From: an uncultured Clostridia bacterium
GTDB taxonomy: Bacteria > Bacillota > Clostridia > Christensenellales > UBA1242
Reading direction: 5' to 3'
NCBI GenBank assembly: GCA_944383355.1
Contig: CALWPF010000003.1
Location: forward strand, 4,246-68,245
DNA length: 64,000 nt
The notes under the pieces are model-generated. The model was not told the origin of the DNA. It did not search any database and saw only the letters and a program-made list of their open reading frames with translations. This document shows, piece by piece, positions 18,898-30,076 of the stretch. Every line of letters starts with the position of its first letter. The stretch's first letter is position 1. The position numbers were made by a program, and so were the translations under genes.

Positions 18898-19569
18898 TTA
18901 AACTGCTGAATAGTCTAAGTCGTCTAAGTCTGACACAATTTTATACAAGTTACTTGTATTGAGATATGCATTGTACACATATCTAGTAGTACCGCTCTTA
19001 AAATCTTTTTGTGCAGTCAACAAATAAACACTTGTATTCTTAATCACATTATCAGCTGTAATACTGATATATGCTCTTGAATATTGATCAGGAGTATAAG
19101 TTGCACTACCTACTGTATACTTAAATGGTGTACCATCAGCATTCATCATATCTCTAGGCTCAGCCCATGTAAAGACCATACAGTACTCATCACTACTATC
19201 AAACAATGTGGACATAGCGCTAGAATATGCCGATGTACGTTCTGGGTATGCATGTTTACCTGCAAAACCAATAAACAATGTATCCAAGATTGCATAAGAC
19301 CCAGCATCTATATACGCATTCCACAATTTATCATACATCTCTTTATCCTCAGGATTGGCCTTGTAATAAACCACCTCTTTCTCTTTATCTGTATTGGTAC
19401 GAACTGTTATGGTATCTGGCTTGTCTGCCTCAGAGAATGTCCCTGAGGAATTAGCAAACACTGCTCCTTTATAGGTAGGTATAACAGCCAACAATATAAC
19501 AGCGAGTATCAACAATCCAACTATACTCAAACTAACTATTGAAACTATCTGTGATGTCTTAACTTTCAT
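18898..19569 (-). CDS. Hypothetical membrane-anchored extracellular protein
   Basis: N-terminal TM helix, GAGGT RBS, terminator hairpin at about 18863-18889. Confidence 0.8.
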   Translation of the reverse strand: MKVKTSQIVSIVSLSIVGLLILAVILLAVIPTYKGAVFANSSGTFSEADKPDTITVRTNTDKEKEVVYYKANPEDKEMYDKLWNAYIDAGSYAILDTLFIGFAGKHAYPERTSAYSSAMSTLFDSSDEYCMVFTWAEPRDMMNADGTPFKYTVGSATYTPDQYSRAYISITADNVIKNTSVYLLTAQKDFKSGTTRYVYNAYLNTSNLYKIVSDLDDLDYSAV

Positions 19570-19647
19570 AAATAACCTCTTTTTGCTATCCTTGATAAAA
19601 AATCATATCACACTAATGCAATTTTGGCAATCAAATTGATAGATTTT

Positions 19648-21867
19648 TTATGCACTAGTCTTATCATCTTTATCTTGCTTTTTTGCGTCAGATTTATCAT
19701 TTGATTCATCTGTATCTTTTGTATTTGGGGTAGACTTAGTAAAATTCCCCTCTTCCAACACTGTTATCGGCTCATCGGACTTGGTAGCAGTCGCTTTGGT
19801 CTCTATATCTTGTTGTTTTGCGTCAGCATCAGCCTTTGCTGCAGTATCGTTGGATGTTTGAGTACTTTGACCATTAAATGCAGCCATAGCACTGTTGCGT
19901 AATACCTCTATACGCTCTTTTTCCTGTCGAGCGAGTTCCTCATCACGGCGTTGTTTTTCCTCACGAGCTTTACGGTCTTCCTCCTCGTGCTCTTGGTCTC
20001 TTTCCTCAATCTTTTTGATTACAACTTTTGCTGATTTACCTGCCAACAACTCATCTACATCTTGACTATATATTGTTTCTTTTTCTAGCAAAACAGTAGC
20101 CATATTATCTAATACTTTTATTTTGCCACGCAATAATGTTATAGCCTCTTCCAGCGCATTCTCAAGTATAGCCTTTACCTCTGTATCAATCAACTCCGAG
20201 GTGTGCTCGCTAATATTATTCCTAGATTGCATATCACGACCAAGGAACATTTCTCCTTCCCCACCGTAATATACTGGCCCCAACTTGTCACTCATACCAT
20301 ACTCAGTTACCATACTGCGGGCCAACGATGTAGCATGCTTTATATCACTACTAGCACCTGTCGCTATGCGACCAAATTTAATAATCTCAGCGGCTCTACC
20401 CCCCATAGCTATACGAATATGATCCAATATCTGCTCACGAGTATACTGCATATAGTCCTCTGTAGGCGCATGAGATGTATAACCACCCGCACGACCTCTA
20501 GGTATGATACTAACCTCTTGGACCTCGTCCTTGATATTCTCACAACTCCTAGCGATAATAGCATGACCTGCCTCGTGGTACGCTGTATTGCGCTTGTCTT
20601 CCTCACTCACTACAGCACTACGCTTTTGTGGTCCCATTGTAACTTTGCTGATACCTTCCATAATATCCGACTGTGTAATAATAGCCCTATTGTCTCGAGC
20701 GGCTAATATTGCTGCCTCGTTTAGAATGTTCTCAATATCCGCTCCCGTAGCGCCAGATAATATACGAGCAATACTAGCAAAGTTTATCTTATCAGAAAAA
20801 GGCTTACCCTTTGCGTACAGACGCAATATCTTTTCTCTACCACGTACATCAGGTCTATTAACAACTATCTGCCTGTCAAAACGACCTGCACGTAACAAGG
20901 CAGGGTCTAACACATCAGGACGGTTGGTAGCAGCTATTACTACTATACCATCACTAGACTCAAAGCCGTCCATCTGTACCAGCAATTGGTTAAGGGTCTG
21001 CTCACGCTCATCATTGGTATTACCAATACCTGTACCACGGTGACGACCGACAGCATCAATCTCATCTATGAATATCAAACATGGCATATTCTTTTTGGCA
21101 GTGTCAAACAAATCACGTACTCTAGCGGCACCTACACCAACAAACATCTCTACAAAGTCACTACCAGTAATGCTAAAGAATGGAACACCTGCCTCACCAG
21201 CAATTGCTTTGGCAAGCAATGTCTTACCTGTACCTGGAGGTCCTACCAACAATACTCCTTTGGGGATCCTAGCTCCTAGGTCAGTAAATTTCTTTGGATT
21301 TTTGAGGAACTCAACTATCTCTTGCATCTCACGCTTTTCCTCTTCACAGCCAGCAACATCATCAAATCTAACACGCAAGTTGCCTTCCATTCTTGCTTTG
21401 TTTTTGCCAAAGTCCATATTCTTGCCATTCATTTTCCTCAACATATTGATTACAAAGATTGCCAAGCATACCAACAAAATAATATAAATGTATGGTAGCA
21501 TTTGAGATAGCAAACTCTCACCAACTGCCTCAGTCTTAAACACTACTACAGACCCTGTTTCTTCCCATGAGCGCACTAACTCTAGTGCCTCGCTCGCATA
21601 ACCACAATTTACAAAAAAGTCATATTGTCCATTGTTCTCAAACTGTTCTTGAGTCAAATCAGAATCAACATACAATCCATAAATAATAGAACCTTTGGTA
21701 CGCACCTCTGCTACCTGACCTGATTCGACTTGACTAATTAATTCGTTACGAGAAATCTCCTTATCGCTGTTACTATTGCTGTTGAGCGACCATGCTAATA
21801 TTATCACCAAAACAATTAGTAATACGATAGTCAACCACGGAAAAGACCTTGCCTTATTCTCGTTCAA
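19648..21867 (-). CDS. ftsH: ATP-dependent zinc metalloprotease FtsH
   Basis: Two TM helices, [42 protein letters not shown]. Confidence 0.97.
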   Translation of the reverse strand: MNENKARSFPWLTIVLLIVLVIILAWSLNSNSNSDKEISRNELISQVESGQVAEVRTKGSIIYGLYVDSDLTQEQFENNGQYDFFVNCGYASEALELVRSWEETGSVVVFKTEAVGESLLSQMLPYIYIILLVCLAIFVINMLRKMNGKNMDFGKNKARMEGNLRVRFDDVAGCEEEKREMQEIVEFLKNPKKFTDLGARIPKGVLLVGPPGTGKTLLAKAIAGEAGVPFFSITGSDFVEMFVGVGAARVRDLFDTAKKNMPCLIFIDEIDAVGRHRGTGIGNTNDEREQTLNQLLVQMDGFESSDGIVVIAATNRPDVLDPALLRAGRFDRQIVVNRPDVRGREKILRLYAKGKPFSDKINFASIARILSGATGADIENILNEAAILAARDNRAIITQSDIMEGISKVTMGPQKRSAVVSEEDKRNTAYHEAGHAIIARSCENIKDEVQEVSIIPRGRAGGYTSHAPTEDYMQYTREQILDHIRIAMGGRAAEIIKFGRIATGASSDIKHATSLARSMVTEYGMSDKLGPVYYGGEGEMFLGRDMQSRNNISEHTSELIDTEVKAILENALEEAITLLRGKIKVLDNMATVLLEKETIYSQDVDELLAGKSAKVVIKKIEERDQEHEEEDRKAREEKQRRDEELARQEKERIEVLRNSAMAAFNGQSTQTSNDTAAKADADAKQQDIETKATATKSDEPITVLEEGNFTKSTPNTKDTDESNDKSDAKKQDKDDKTSA

Positions 21868-22148
21868 CTCTCACAAGCCTCCTTATTAATAGTTAATACT
21901 CGTCAAGTATATCACAAATAAAATAAAAAATAAAGTATTTTGTAATAATCAAATAAATGAAAACTTTTAAACAAAATGTATAATTTTGATATCATATAGT
22001 ATATTACAAATTGTTTCCCAAAAAATAAATTAAATACAAGCAACAAAATAATGGTTTTTGAAATAATATAAAAATCCTAAAAAATCGCCTAGTTAACTAG
22101 CTGATGTGTCATTTAACAAAAACAAAAGAACTAATAATTTAGTCCTTT

Positions 22149-22454
22149 TTAGTTTATGTATAATAATTGATTATTATAATTTGCAGATAATGTAAAATCT
22201 GCCGTTTGAGTAATAGTCTTTCCACTAAAAGTAGTACCATTGTTTACCATGGTCCTAAATGTATCAAAATCACTCGCACTAGCAATTTGGAGGTTGTTAG
22301 TACCATTAAAAGCAGCACTCACCTCACCGCCATCTTGAGACTGCCTAGCAAATATATCTATAACAATAATACTAGTAAATGCTAGTAATAAAACAAGAAT
22401 AACATAAAAGCAAACTTTGAATGCTTTTGGACTCACAAAGTACGGAACTTTCAT
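22149..22454 (-). pseudogene. Truncated N-terminus of a secreted GLUG-type surface protein
   Basis: TM/signal segment followed by LQIASASDF..FR.MVNNG.TFSGKTITQTADFTL, the motif that normally opens a long beta-solenoid (compare PFEIDNSTRL...YFELTTDIEL in the 2415-aa protein); stops shortly after. Confidence 0.55.
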
Positions 22455-22683
22455 TTAATAACCCCACTAAATAGTATCATACTTAGTACAACATAAGTCT
22501 CTTTAGTGTATCATATTTCACAATTTTAAGACAACCGATTTGGGACACAAAATAACTAAATGAGCATTAATTCGCCTATCATTATTGTGCGTAAAATAAC
22601 AAAAAATAGAGATAACTTATCTCTATTTAAAAAAATTTTAAAGCATTCAAAAAGTTAAAGCATGTTTTGATAAACAAAAAATC

Positions 22684-24165
22684 TTACAATAATATACAAA
22701 TAATACCACCCTTACCCTCATTAACTATACGGGTTAGTGTCTTTCGCATTTTCTTTTGAGCCTCTAGTGGCATCGCATTTATCTTACTACTCAACCCCTC
22801 ACTCATTAACTGTTGCATAGACTTTCCAAACATATTTGTTCCCCAAATTCCCGCAGGATTCTCTTGACTCTCTGTATTCAGATATTCCACCAAATCTCTA
22901 GACTGTTGCTCGCTACCTACCATAGGATTTATCTCTGTCTCAATGTCTACTCTCATTATGTGCAAGCTAGGTGCTGTCGCACGCAATTTTACACCCCAAC
23001 GATTACTACCCTGCTTTACCAATGTAGGCTCATCAAATACCATATCCTCTAGCGCAGGTTGCACTACACCATAACCATATTCCTCAACGTTATCTAAAGC
23101 GTCCTTTAATTTGTCATAATGCTTTTTTGCCTCTGCTAGAGAACGAATATGAGCGACCAACTCAAAATCATTTGCAATCTGCATACCACACTGGTTGCTC
23201 AATACCTCATAAAATAATCCCGACTTTGGTATCAGGTCATAGATTATTTTACCTTTGCCCAACTCTACACTGGACACCACCAACGGCTCAAAACGTTCAC
23301 TTTCCTCAAATAATGTAGTAGTTTTGTCAAAGTCTCCTATCTTTGTCGCTGTACCTGTCACCTTATCCATTTCTCTAACTATCTCGGTAATTATCTCATT
23401 GTCAAAAGGCAAGGCAGTAAGCCAATCAGGCATTTTTAACTCCACTCCAACAATTGGAAACTCTTGCAAAATTTCATCAAACGTATCCGCCACATCTTTT
23501 TCGGTCAATTCACTAGCATTCAAAGCCAAAACACCCACCGCATATTTGTCATGAAGAGATTTGACTAATTCCCGTGTTTCATTAGAGCGTGGTTTTGCAC
23601 TATTAACTACCACTACAAAGGGCTTTTGTTCCTCTTTTAACTCTCTAACCAATCTCTCCTCTGCTGGCACAAAATTCTCACGCTGAATATCTCCAAAACT
23701 ACCATCAGTAGTCATTAAAATCGCCACTGTAGAATGCTCTGCCACTACCTTGTGTGTCCCAATCTCAGCAGCTTTTTCAAAAGGCATAGCATCTTCGCTC
23801 CAAGGAGTCTTTACCATTCGAGGTTTATTGTCTTGGATATGCCCTGTAGCACCATTTACAAGATACCCCACACAATCTATCAACCTCACATTTGCCATTA
23901 CAGAATTACCCAAATCCACACGAACCGATTCTGCTGGCACAAATTTAGGTTGAGTTGTCATAATTGCACTACCATCAGCAGATTGAGGTAGCTCATCTAC
24001 TGCACAAGCACGCAGATTATCATTTGACATATTAGGTAAGACAAATTTTTGCATAAACTGTGTTATGAAAGTAGATTTTCCTACCCTAACAGGCCCCACC
24101 ACTCCAACATATAGATCACCATTAGTACGAGTGGCAATATCCTGATATATACTATTATTATCCAT
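22684..24165 (-). CDS. spoIVA: Stage IV sporulation protein A
   Basis: IYQDIATRTNGDLYVGVVGPVRVGKSTFI, DCVGY, C-terminal NEGKGGIICILL; start moved to the ATG after AAGGAG. Confidence 0.97.
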   Translation of the reverse strand: MDNNSIYQDIATRTNGDLYVGVVGPVRVGKSTFITQFMQKFVLPNMSNDNLRACAVDELPQSADGSAIMTTQPKFVPAESVRVDLGNSVMANVRLIDCVGYLVNGATGHIQDNKPRMVKTPWSEDAMPFEKAAEIGTHKVVAEHSTVAILMTTDGSFGDIQRENFVPAEERLVRELKEEQKPFVVVVNSAKPRSNETRELVKSLHDKYAVGVLALNASELTEKDVADTFDEILQEFPIVGVELKMPDWLTALPFDNEIITEIVREMDKVTGTATKIGDFDKTTTLFEESERFEPLVVSSVELGKGKIIYDLIPKSGLFYEVLSNQCGMQIANDFELVAHIRSLAEAKKHYDKLKDALDNVEEYGYGVVQPALEDMVFDEPTLVKQGSNRWGVKLRATAPSLHIMRVDIETEINPMVGSEQQSRDLVEYLNTESQENPAGIWGTNMFGKSMQQLMSEGLSSKINAMPLEAQKKMRKTLTRIVNEGKGGIICILL

Positions 24166-24198
24166 AATTTGCTCCTTAAAAAACTTTGTAGATACCAC

Positions 24199-24227
24199 AA
24201 TATATGAGCGAATACCAATAATTATGA
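24199..24227 (-). promoter_or_regulatory. SigE-dependent promoter of spoIVA
   Basis: Minus strand TCATAAT-14 bp-CATATATT matches the sigma-E consensus; spoIVA is a known SigE target. Confidence 0.7.
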
Positions 24228-24270
24228 ATAATAAAAAAATAAAACACAGGCAGTACCTGTGAGTTATTTA

Positions 24271-25527
24271 TTACTTACGATTGTTACGAAGTTTGCGCAA
24301 AAATGGAGGAATATCATCTTCGTCAATCTCCATTCTGGAAGTCATATTGTCTCTACGAGAGCTTGCCCCTATCTCACGACCGCTATTAGCACTCTCTGCC
24401 AATTCTCTTTCTTCCTCATCATATGAGCTAGGACTCACTTTGCCACTTTGGATACGCTTAGCCAAAAACTCAGCATACTTCTCTTGAGAATGTGCCTCAT
24501 CATTGTCCTCTGTTTCCTCAGAGTCCTCAGCCTTTTGTGCATCTGCACTATCGCCTTGGAAACCTGTAGCAATTACAGTAATCTCTACAGCGTCTTCCAA
24601 AGACTCATCTACACTAGCACCAAAGATGATATTACAGTTTGGGTCAACTATATCACGCATCAAATCAGCAGCCTCGTGGACTTGGTCTATCGGCAAGTCA
24701 AGACCTCCCTTGACATTAAAGATAATGCCAGTAGCGCCCTCAATGGTAGTCTCCAATAATGGACTGGATACTGCTTGACTCAATGCTTCAAAAATCTTGC
24801 GCTCACCCTTTGCTCTACCAATACCCATGTGTGCTAGACCTTTATTTTTCATAGTGGTACGCACATCAGCAAAATCTAGATTAATCAGAGCATTCTCAAT
24901 AATCAAATTGGATATACCTTGTACACCTTGACGCAATACATCATCTGCGTACCTAAAAGTATCCACGATACCAGTTCCCTTTGGTACCAACTTGAATAAT
25001 TTTTCGTTAGGAATAATAACAAGCGCATCTACAACTTGACTCAACGCCTCAATACCACGCTCAGCGTTCTCCATACGCTTGCGTCCCTCAAAATTGAATG
25101 GTTTGGTAACAACAGCTATAGTCAAAATTTCTTTTTCTCTAGCAATACTAGCAATTAGAGGCGCAGCACCTGTACCAGTACCTCCTCCCATACCAGCAGT
25201 AACAAACACCAAATCAGCATCGTTTAACGCCTGATTGAGCTCCTCATAGTTTTCCTCTGCCGCCTTAAAACCGATCTCAGGGTCAGCTCCTGCGCCCCAA
25301 CCACGAGTCAACTTAATACCTATCTGAATACGATAATCAGCTTTGCTCACTTGCAAGGACTGTTTGTCGGTATTCACAGCAATAAACTCAACACCATTTA
25401 CACCAGCGTTAATCATACGGTTGACAGCATTGCTACCACCACCACCGACACCAATAACCTTTATCTTTACAACAGGATTAACCTGACTCTGTGCTTGGTA
25501 ACCGTTGTTACTATTGTAAGTATCCAT
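24271..25527 (-). CDS. ftsZ: Cell division protein FtsZ
   Basis: [32 protein letters not shown]-terminal DIPPFLR. Confidence 0.98.
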   Translation of the reverse strand: MDTYNSNNGYQAQSQVNPVVKIKVIGVGGGGSNAVNRMINAGVNGVEFIAVNTDKQSLQVSKADYRIQIGIKLTRGWGAGADPEIGFKAAEENYEELNQALNDADLVFVTAGMGGGTGTGAAPLIASIAREKEILTIAVVTKPFNFEGRKRMENAERGIEALSQVVDALVIIPNEKLFKLVPKGTGIVDTFRYADDVLRQGVQGISNLIIENALINLDFADVRTTMKNKGLAHMGIGRAKGERKIFEALSQAVSSPLLETTIEGATGIIFNVKGGLDLPIDQVHEAADLMRDIVDPNCNIIFGASVDESLEDAVEITVIATGFQGDSADAQKAEDSEETEDNDEAHSQEKYAEFLAKRIQSGKVSPSSYDEEERELAESANSGREIGASSRRDNMTSRMEIDEDDIPPFLRKLRNNRK

Positions 25528-25547
25528 ATCTTCCTCCATAACAATCT

Positions 25548-26705
25548 CTATTTTTTGAAGATTTTTAAGAAAATCAAAGTGCTACCCTTGCTCTGTTTGA
25601 GAGCTAAATCTAACAAGCCCAAAATACCAGATGCGTGAGGTTTATCCAACTGTGGTACAGGTGGTACTATTACCTTGACGTCTTTATTGAGTATTTTTTG
25701 TAGCAAATCTCTAGCGCCCTTCACATAACACAGCCCACCACCGGTAATATGAATAGGTATGTAACTAGGGTACTCAAACTGGCTATCATCAAGACACTTT
25801 TGTACCATTTTTGCAATCTGCACCACCCTGCTAGAAGCAACAGCATTGGCTAATCCTGCATCAATCTTGTATGGCTGATTGTCCACAATGACCTCGTAGT
25901 AATCACCTTTTTCTGGCTGATAAGACAAGACAATCTTACGCTTTAACGCCTCAGCCACAGCAAACGGAATATCAAAGTTCTCCACGAGGTCAGCCACTAT
26001 GTGTCCGCCCCCCAACGAAAAACTGCGCAAAGATACCAAGCCATCACCCATCACTATACTAACGCTAGTTGTTAAATAACCTGTATCAACCAGTATTGCA
26101 CAAGAGTCCCTCTCACTAGGTGTAAATAGGTATAATGCCTCACTCAATGGCTCACAAACAAAATCAACATAACCTATCCTCAATGGGCGCAAAATCTCTG
26201 AAATAGTTGTAATAAAGCCACGCTCCCCCAGGCAAAAGCTAAGCATCGCAGTAATCTTGGTCGTCACGACTCCCTTTGGCTCAATTATACGCCTGTTGTC
26301 ATCTAACGCAAAGTATATAGGACTACGATTAACCACCATATGTGTAGTACTACTACCAAAGTCGTCTGCCTCAGCGAATAAATCCTCAACATCACGCTCA
26401 CTAATCCTATGCTTTTTAGGAAAGGAATGTGAGACACTACGAACTGCATTCACACAAAACTCAGCAGGTATACCTACATAGAGATGAGTGATCTTGCATC
26501 TAGCATTATTTTCGGCGGTAGCCAACACTGTACGCACACAATTATTTAACTCATCAGGGCACAAAAATTCGCCGTCCATAAACCCTGAATAATTAACCTC
26601 ACCAAAGCCTCTAATATCAAATGTATTGTTTATCCCTCTGTCACCGATAATAGCAGAGATACGACTGGTACCAAACTCCAATACCGCAACATTTCTCCTT
26701 GCCAT
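25548..26705 (-). CDS. ftsA: Cell division protein FtsA (divergent)
   Basis: Actin-like [32 protein letters not shown]; directly upstream of ftsZ. Confidence 0.85.
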   Translation of the reverse strand: MARRNVAVLEFGTSRISAIIGDRGINNTFDIRGFGEVNYSGFMDGEFLCPDELNNCVRTVLATAENNARCKITHLYVGIPAEFCVNAVRSVSHSFPKKHRISERDVEDLFAEADDFGSSTTHMVVNRSPIYFALDDNRRIIEPKGVVTTKITAMLSFCLGERGFITTISEILRPLRIGYVDFVCEPLSEALYLFTPSERDSCAILVDTGYLTTSVSIVMGDGLVSLRSFSLGGGHIVADLVENFDIPFAVAEALKRKIVLSYQPEKGDYYEVIVDNQPYKIDAGLANAVASSRVVQIAKMVQKCLDDSQFEYPSYIPIHITGGGLCYVKGARDLLQKILNKDVKVIVPPVPQLDKPHASGILGLLDLALKQSKGSTLIFLKIFKK

Positions 26706-26861
26706 ATCTTGCGCCTCCTTCATCAGTATACTCGAGAAGATTAAACAATTCAGGGATATATGATTATTATAGTTTATTTAAAATACCAAGTCAAACAAAA
26801 ATAAATATATTTATAAAAAAAGATGCAAATTTATACATTTGCATCTAGGCATTTTGTATTT

Positions 26862-27635
26862 TTATGCAAGATACCTAGCCTCGATTAATGACTGCTCATT
26901 TTTGAATACATAAATACTCCCTTTTGAGTATTCATTTGGCTCCAAATCTTCCAATTTCCCCAAAGCCGCAGAAACTTTTGTATTAGTATAATAGGAGCTG
27001 TTGAGAATCTCTATATCCACGCCCAAATATGTGTGCATAGTCAAAACATCACCCACGACCTCTACATCATGGATAAGAGCCTTGAGACCAACTAAATCCA
27101 TACCGCTTGCCTCAAAAGCATCTACCAATCCAACATAATCTACAAAATCTTGCTCTGGTACAAAATCACCTATGTTGTAACCTGTAGTATCAAAACTAGA
27201 CCTGCCTTGTATCAATATACAATCTACAGCTCCTCCCTGATACTCACCTTGGCCCTCTCTCAATACTTTAAATTCCTCATCTAATATTAGATAGCGATCA
27301 TCGTCTTGAATGCAGTATACTTCCTCTCGCTCCATTAAATGGATACGAATATTGTTAGGCCAAACCACTTCATAAGATAACACCTTTAGATATGGATCAC
27401 TCTGCTCTATATTTTGTATATAGCGTTGTCTATCCAAAGTAAAAATACTCTGATTGTTTGACATACCACTATCCTTGACCACTTTTTCTACTGTAATTGT
27501 GGCACATTTGTTGGGAGTATTGTACCAAACCAATTCGACTGTACCAACACAAAATACAGCACTCGCCAACACAACTAACAGCACTAATACAAATAATACC
27601 AGCAACACTATAGCCAGCGCCTTGTTTTTTTGCAT
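26862..27635 (-). CDS. ftsQ: Cell division protein FtsQ/DivIB
   Basis: Single TM plus POTRA-like region (PYLKV...VWPNNIRIHLMERE); position between murA and ftsA. Confidence 0.75.
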   Translation of the reverse strand: MQKNKALAIVLLVLFVLVLLVVLASAVFCVGTVELVWYNTPNKCATITVEKVVKDSGMSNNQSIFTLDRQRYIQNIEQSDPYLKVLSYEVVWPNNIRIHLMEREEVYCIQDDDRYLILDEEFKVLREGQGEYQGGAVDCILIQGRSSFDTTGYNIGDFVPEQDFVDYVGLVDAFEASGMDLVGLKALIHDVEVVGDVLTMHTYLGVDIEILNSSYYTNTKVSAALGKLEDLEPNEYSKGSIYVFKNEQSLIEARYLA

Positions 27636-27657
27636 GGACTCCTCCCCCCTAACAAAA

Positions 27658-28911
27658 CTATATCCTTTGTATGTCAGCACCTAGCTCACTCAAAGTTTGC
27701 TCAATATGCCTATACCCCCTGTCAATATGCCAAATATCATTTACTGTAGTATATCCTCGTGCGACCAGTCCCGCAAGTACCAACGCAACTCCTCCACGCA
27801 AATCACTAGCATAGACACTTGCGCCCTGTAACTCTCTTACTCCACTAACAAACGCAGTCCTATCACGCACCACTACATTGGCACCCATTTTAATTAACTC
27901 GGGCACATATTTGTATCTAGCCTCAAATAAATTTTCCCTTATGACACTATTACCTCTACATATAGTAGCCATGGTTAAAATTTGTGCCTGCAAATCTGTA
28001 GGAAAACCTGGGTAAGGCAAAGTCTCCACAAACCCAAAGCATTTTCTTTTGCCACTTGCCCTTAGTATGATTTTATCACCTTTTGTATCAACTTTGCAAC
28101 TACTTTTAATCAATTTATCAATAAGAGCTTGTAGCAAATATGGCTCACAACCAACCACGCTTATCTCCCCACCAGTCATAGCCCCAGCGATAAGATAAGT
28201 GCCCGCTATTATCCTATCTGCAATTGGTGTAAAAATAGTACCATGCAGCTGATCTACGCTTTCTATTGTTATAGTGCTAGTACCAGCTCCTTTGACTTTC
28301 CCTCCCATTGCATTTATAAAATTTTGCAAATCCTCTATCTCAGGTTCTTTTGCTGCATTATGTATTATCGTCTTTCTTTTTTTACCCACAGTACTTGCCA
28401 TTATCAAATTTTCGGTAGCCCCAACACTAGGATAATCTAGATACACCTCACCTCCATGAATACGACTAGCATCACAATTAATTAAACCATGAGATTCTTG
28501 TATATCTACACCCAAATCTCGTAAACCTTTGAGGTGTAAATCAATTGGCCTTAGCCCTATATCACAACCACCAGGATAAGAAACTCTCGCCTTGCCAAAA
28601 CGTCCTAACAATGCCCCCAAGGCAAAGATACTAGAACGTATCACCTTAGCCAAATCAGGTGCAATAAAGTATTTTGTAGTAGTACTATTATCTATAATTA
28701 AATTATCGCCATCTACTATTACCCCCGCCCCCAAGTCAGCTAAAATATGACACATGTTGCGTATATCTGTATAATCAGGATTATTATGTATAATACACCT
28801 CTCGGGACACAATAAAGTACTAGCTAAAATAGGTAAAATAGAATTTTTGGCTTTGTCAACTACAACTTCTCCATTTAGTTGTTTGCCACCATTTATTATT
28901 AGTTTTTCGAT
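27658..28911 (-). CDS. murA: UDP-N-acetylglucosamine 1-carboxyvinyltransferase (probable ATC start codon)
   Basis: AKNSILPIL, PGGCDIGLRPIDLH, SVGATEN, PYPGFPTDLQAQ, DLRGG, HIDRGY. Confidence 0.96.
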   Translation of the reverse strand: MEKLIINGGKQLNGEVVVDKAKNSILPILASTLLCPERCIIHNNPDYTDIRNMCHILADLGAGVIVDGDNLIIDNSTTTKYFIAPDLAKVIRSSIFALGALLGRFGKARVSYPGGCDIGLRPIDLHLKGLRDLGVDIQESHGLINCDASRIHGGEVYLDYPSVGATENLIMASTVGKKRKTIIHNAAKEPEIEDLQNFINAMGGKVKGAGTSTITIESVDQLHGTIFTPIADRIIAGTYLIAGAMTGGEISVVGCEPYLLQALIDKLIKSSCKVDTKGDKIILRASGKRKCFGFVETLPYPGFPTDLQAQILTMATICRGNSVIRENLFEARYKYVPELIKMGANVVVRDRTAFVSGVRELQGASVYASDLRGGVALVLAGLVARGYTTVNDIWHIDRGYRHIEQTLSELGADIQRI

Positions 28912-28942
28912 TTGTTTTCCTCCTTTTGCATATGACAAAAAT

Positions 28943-28990
28943 AAAATATCCCCTATCTAGTATCATATGGGGATATTTTTTAGTTTGTTA
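28943..28990 (-). promoter_or_regulatory. Terminator-like hairpin overlapping a putative SigE -10 element upstream of murA
   Basis: AAAATATCCCC...GGGGATATTTT inverted repeat with minus-strand CATATGAT inside. Confidence 0.5.
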
Positions 28991-29212
28991 CCGATATAAA
29001 GATATGTTTTTTAATTAAATCAATCAACAATATAGTCCTAAATAAAAACATTTAATTATCAAGTCAACACGTAGAAGTAAAGCCAAATTATCAACAAAAA
29101 ACGCATAGGTTATAACCTTTGAAATTGGACTAATATTAAAAGGATAGCATTTTGACTCCCGCTATCCTCTTTCGTTGGTTTGGAAACTTACTGACTAAAA
29201 ATGTGCCTTTTG

Positions 29213-30073
29213 TTATTTTGAATCTTTGTCATCATCAGATTTTTTGTACAAGCTAAACTTCCATACATTAGTCAGTTTTGGTCTCTTTGCCTTACGATAA
29301 GCACGCTTAGCCTGTTTATAATGAGCCTTAGCACTTTTCTTTGCCTGCCTTAGTTCTGCCCTCTCCTCTTTCTTCTCCATTTTGATTTCTATCTTCTCGG
29401 CTTTTTCCTCAGACCGTTCATCTCGCTTTGCTTGCCTTTTTTTGTCTTTAAATATTTTAGCCTGGATATTGGTCTCACGCTCTTGTCCCAACAATAATCT
29501 CTCAATATTTGCCCGATGAGCAAACCATGTCAAAGCCCATATGCCAAAGGTTAACAAACTAACGGCTAGATTCGGCTCTGGCATGGTCAAATTTTCGTAG
29601 ACAACTATTACTGTAGTCAACAGCAATGAAGCGACAGAAACATATTTAAAAAACCATACATAAATAAATAAAATTACAAAAGTAATAAGCGTGACTATAG
29701 GTTGGGCAACCAAAAATACTCCCATACTAGTAGATATACCTTTACCGCCCTTAAACTTGTAAATAACAGGGAATATATGTCCTATTACTGCGGCTAAACC
29801 ACAAGCGTACAAGCCTATCCTATTATCTGGAAATGTGGCAGCAAGTGCAAAATACCCTATTAGTGCCGCAATCACACCCTTTAGGGCATCGAGGACCAAA
29901 GTAAGATATCCCATTTTGGCACCCATCGTGCGATACATATTGGTAGCGCCGAGATTACCAGAGCCAGATTTGCTAAGATCTACTTTGTTTTTCCTTGACA
30001 ATATTCTACCAAAATTGATGTTACCAATAAAATAACTTACCACTATTAAAATTGCCAACAACCAATAATTCAT
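29213..30073 (-). CDS. plsY: Glycerol-3-phosphate acyltransferase PlsY with a Lys-rich C-terminal extension
   Basis: GSGNLGATN, DALKG, GHIFP..KFKGGKG, HRANIERLL. Confidence 0.93.
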   Translation of the reverse strand: MNYWLLAILIVVSYFIGNINFGRILSRKNKVDLSKSGSGNLGATNMYRTMGAKMGYLTLVLDALKGVIAALIGYFALAATFPDNRIGLYACGLAAVIGHIFPVIYKFKGGKGISTSMGVFLVAQPIVTLITFVILFIYVWFFKYVSVASLLLTTVIVVYENLTMPEPNLAVSLLTFGIWALTWFAHRANIERLLLGQERETNIQAKIFKDKKRQAKRDERSEEKAEKIEIKMEKKEERAELRQAKKSAKAHYKQAKRAYRKAKRPKLTNVWKFSLYKKSDDDKDSK

Positions 30074-30076
30074 CTC

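Noticed and set aside
19648-20000. Long charged FtsH C-terminal tail as a separate domain
   Set aside because: Variable low-complexity tails are common in Firmicute FtsH
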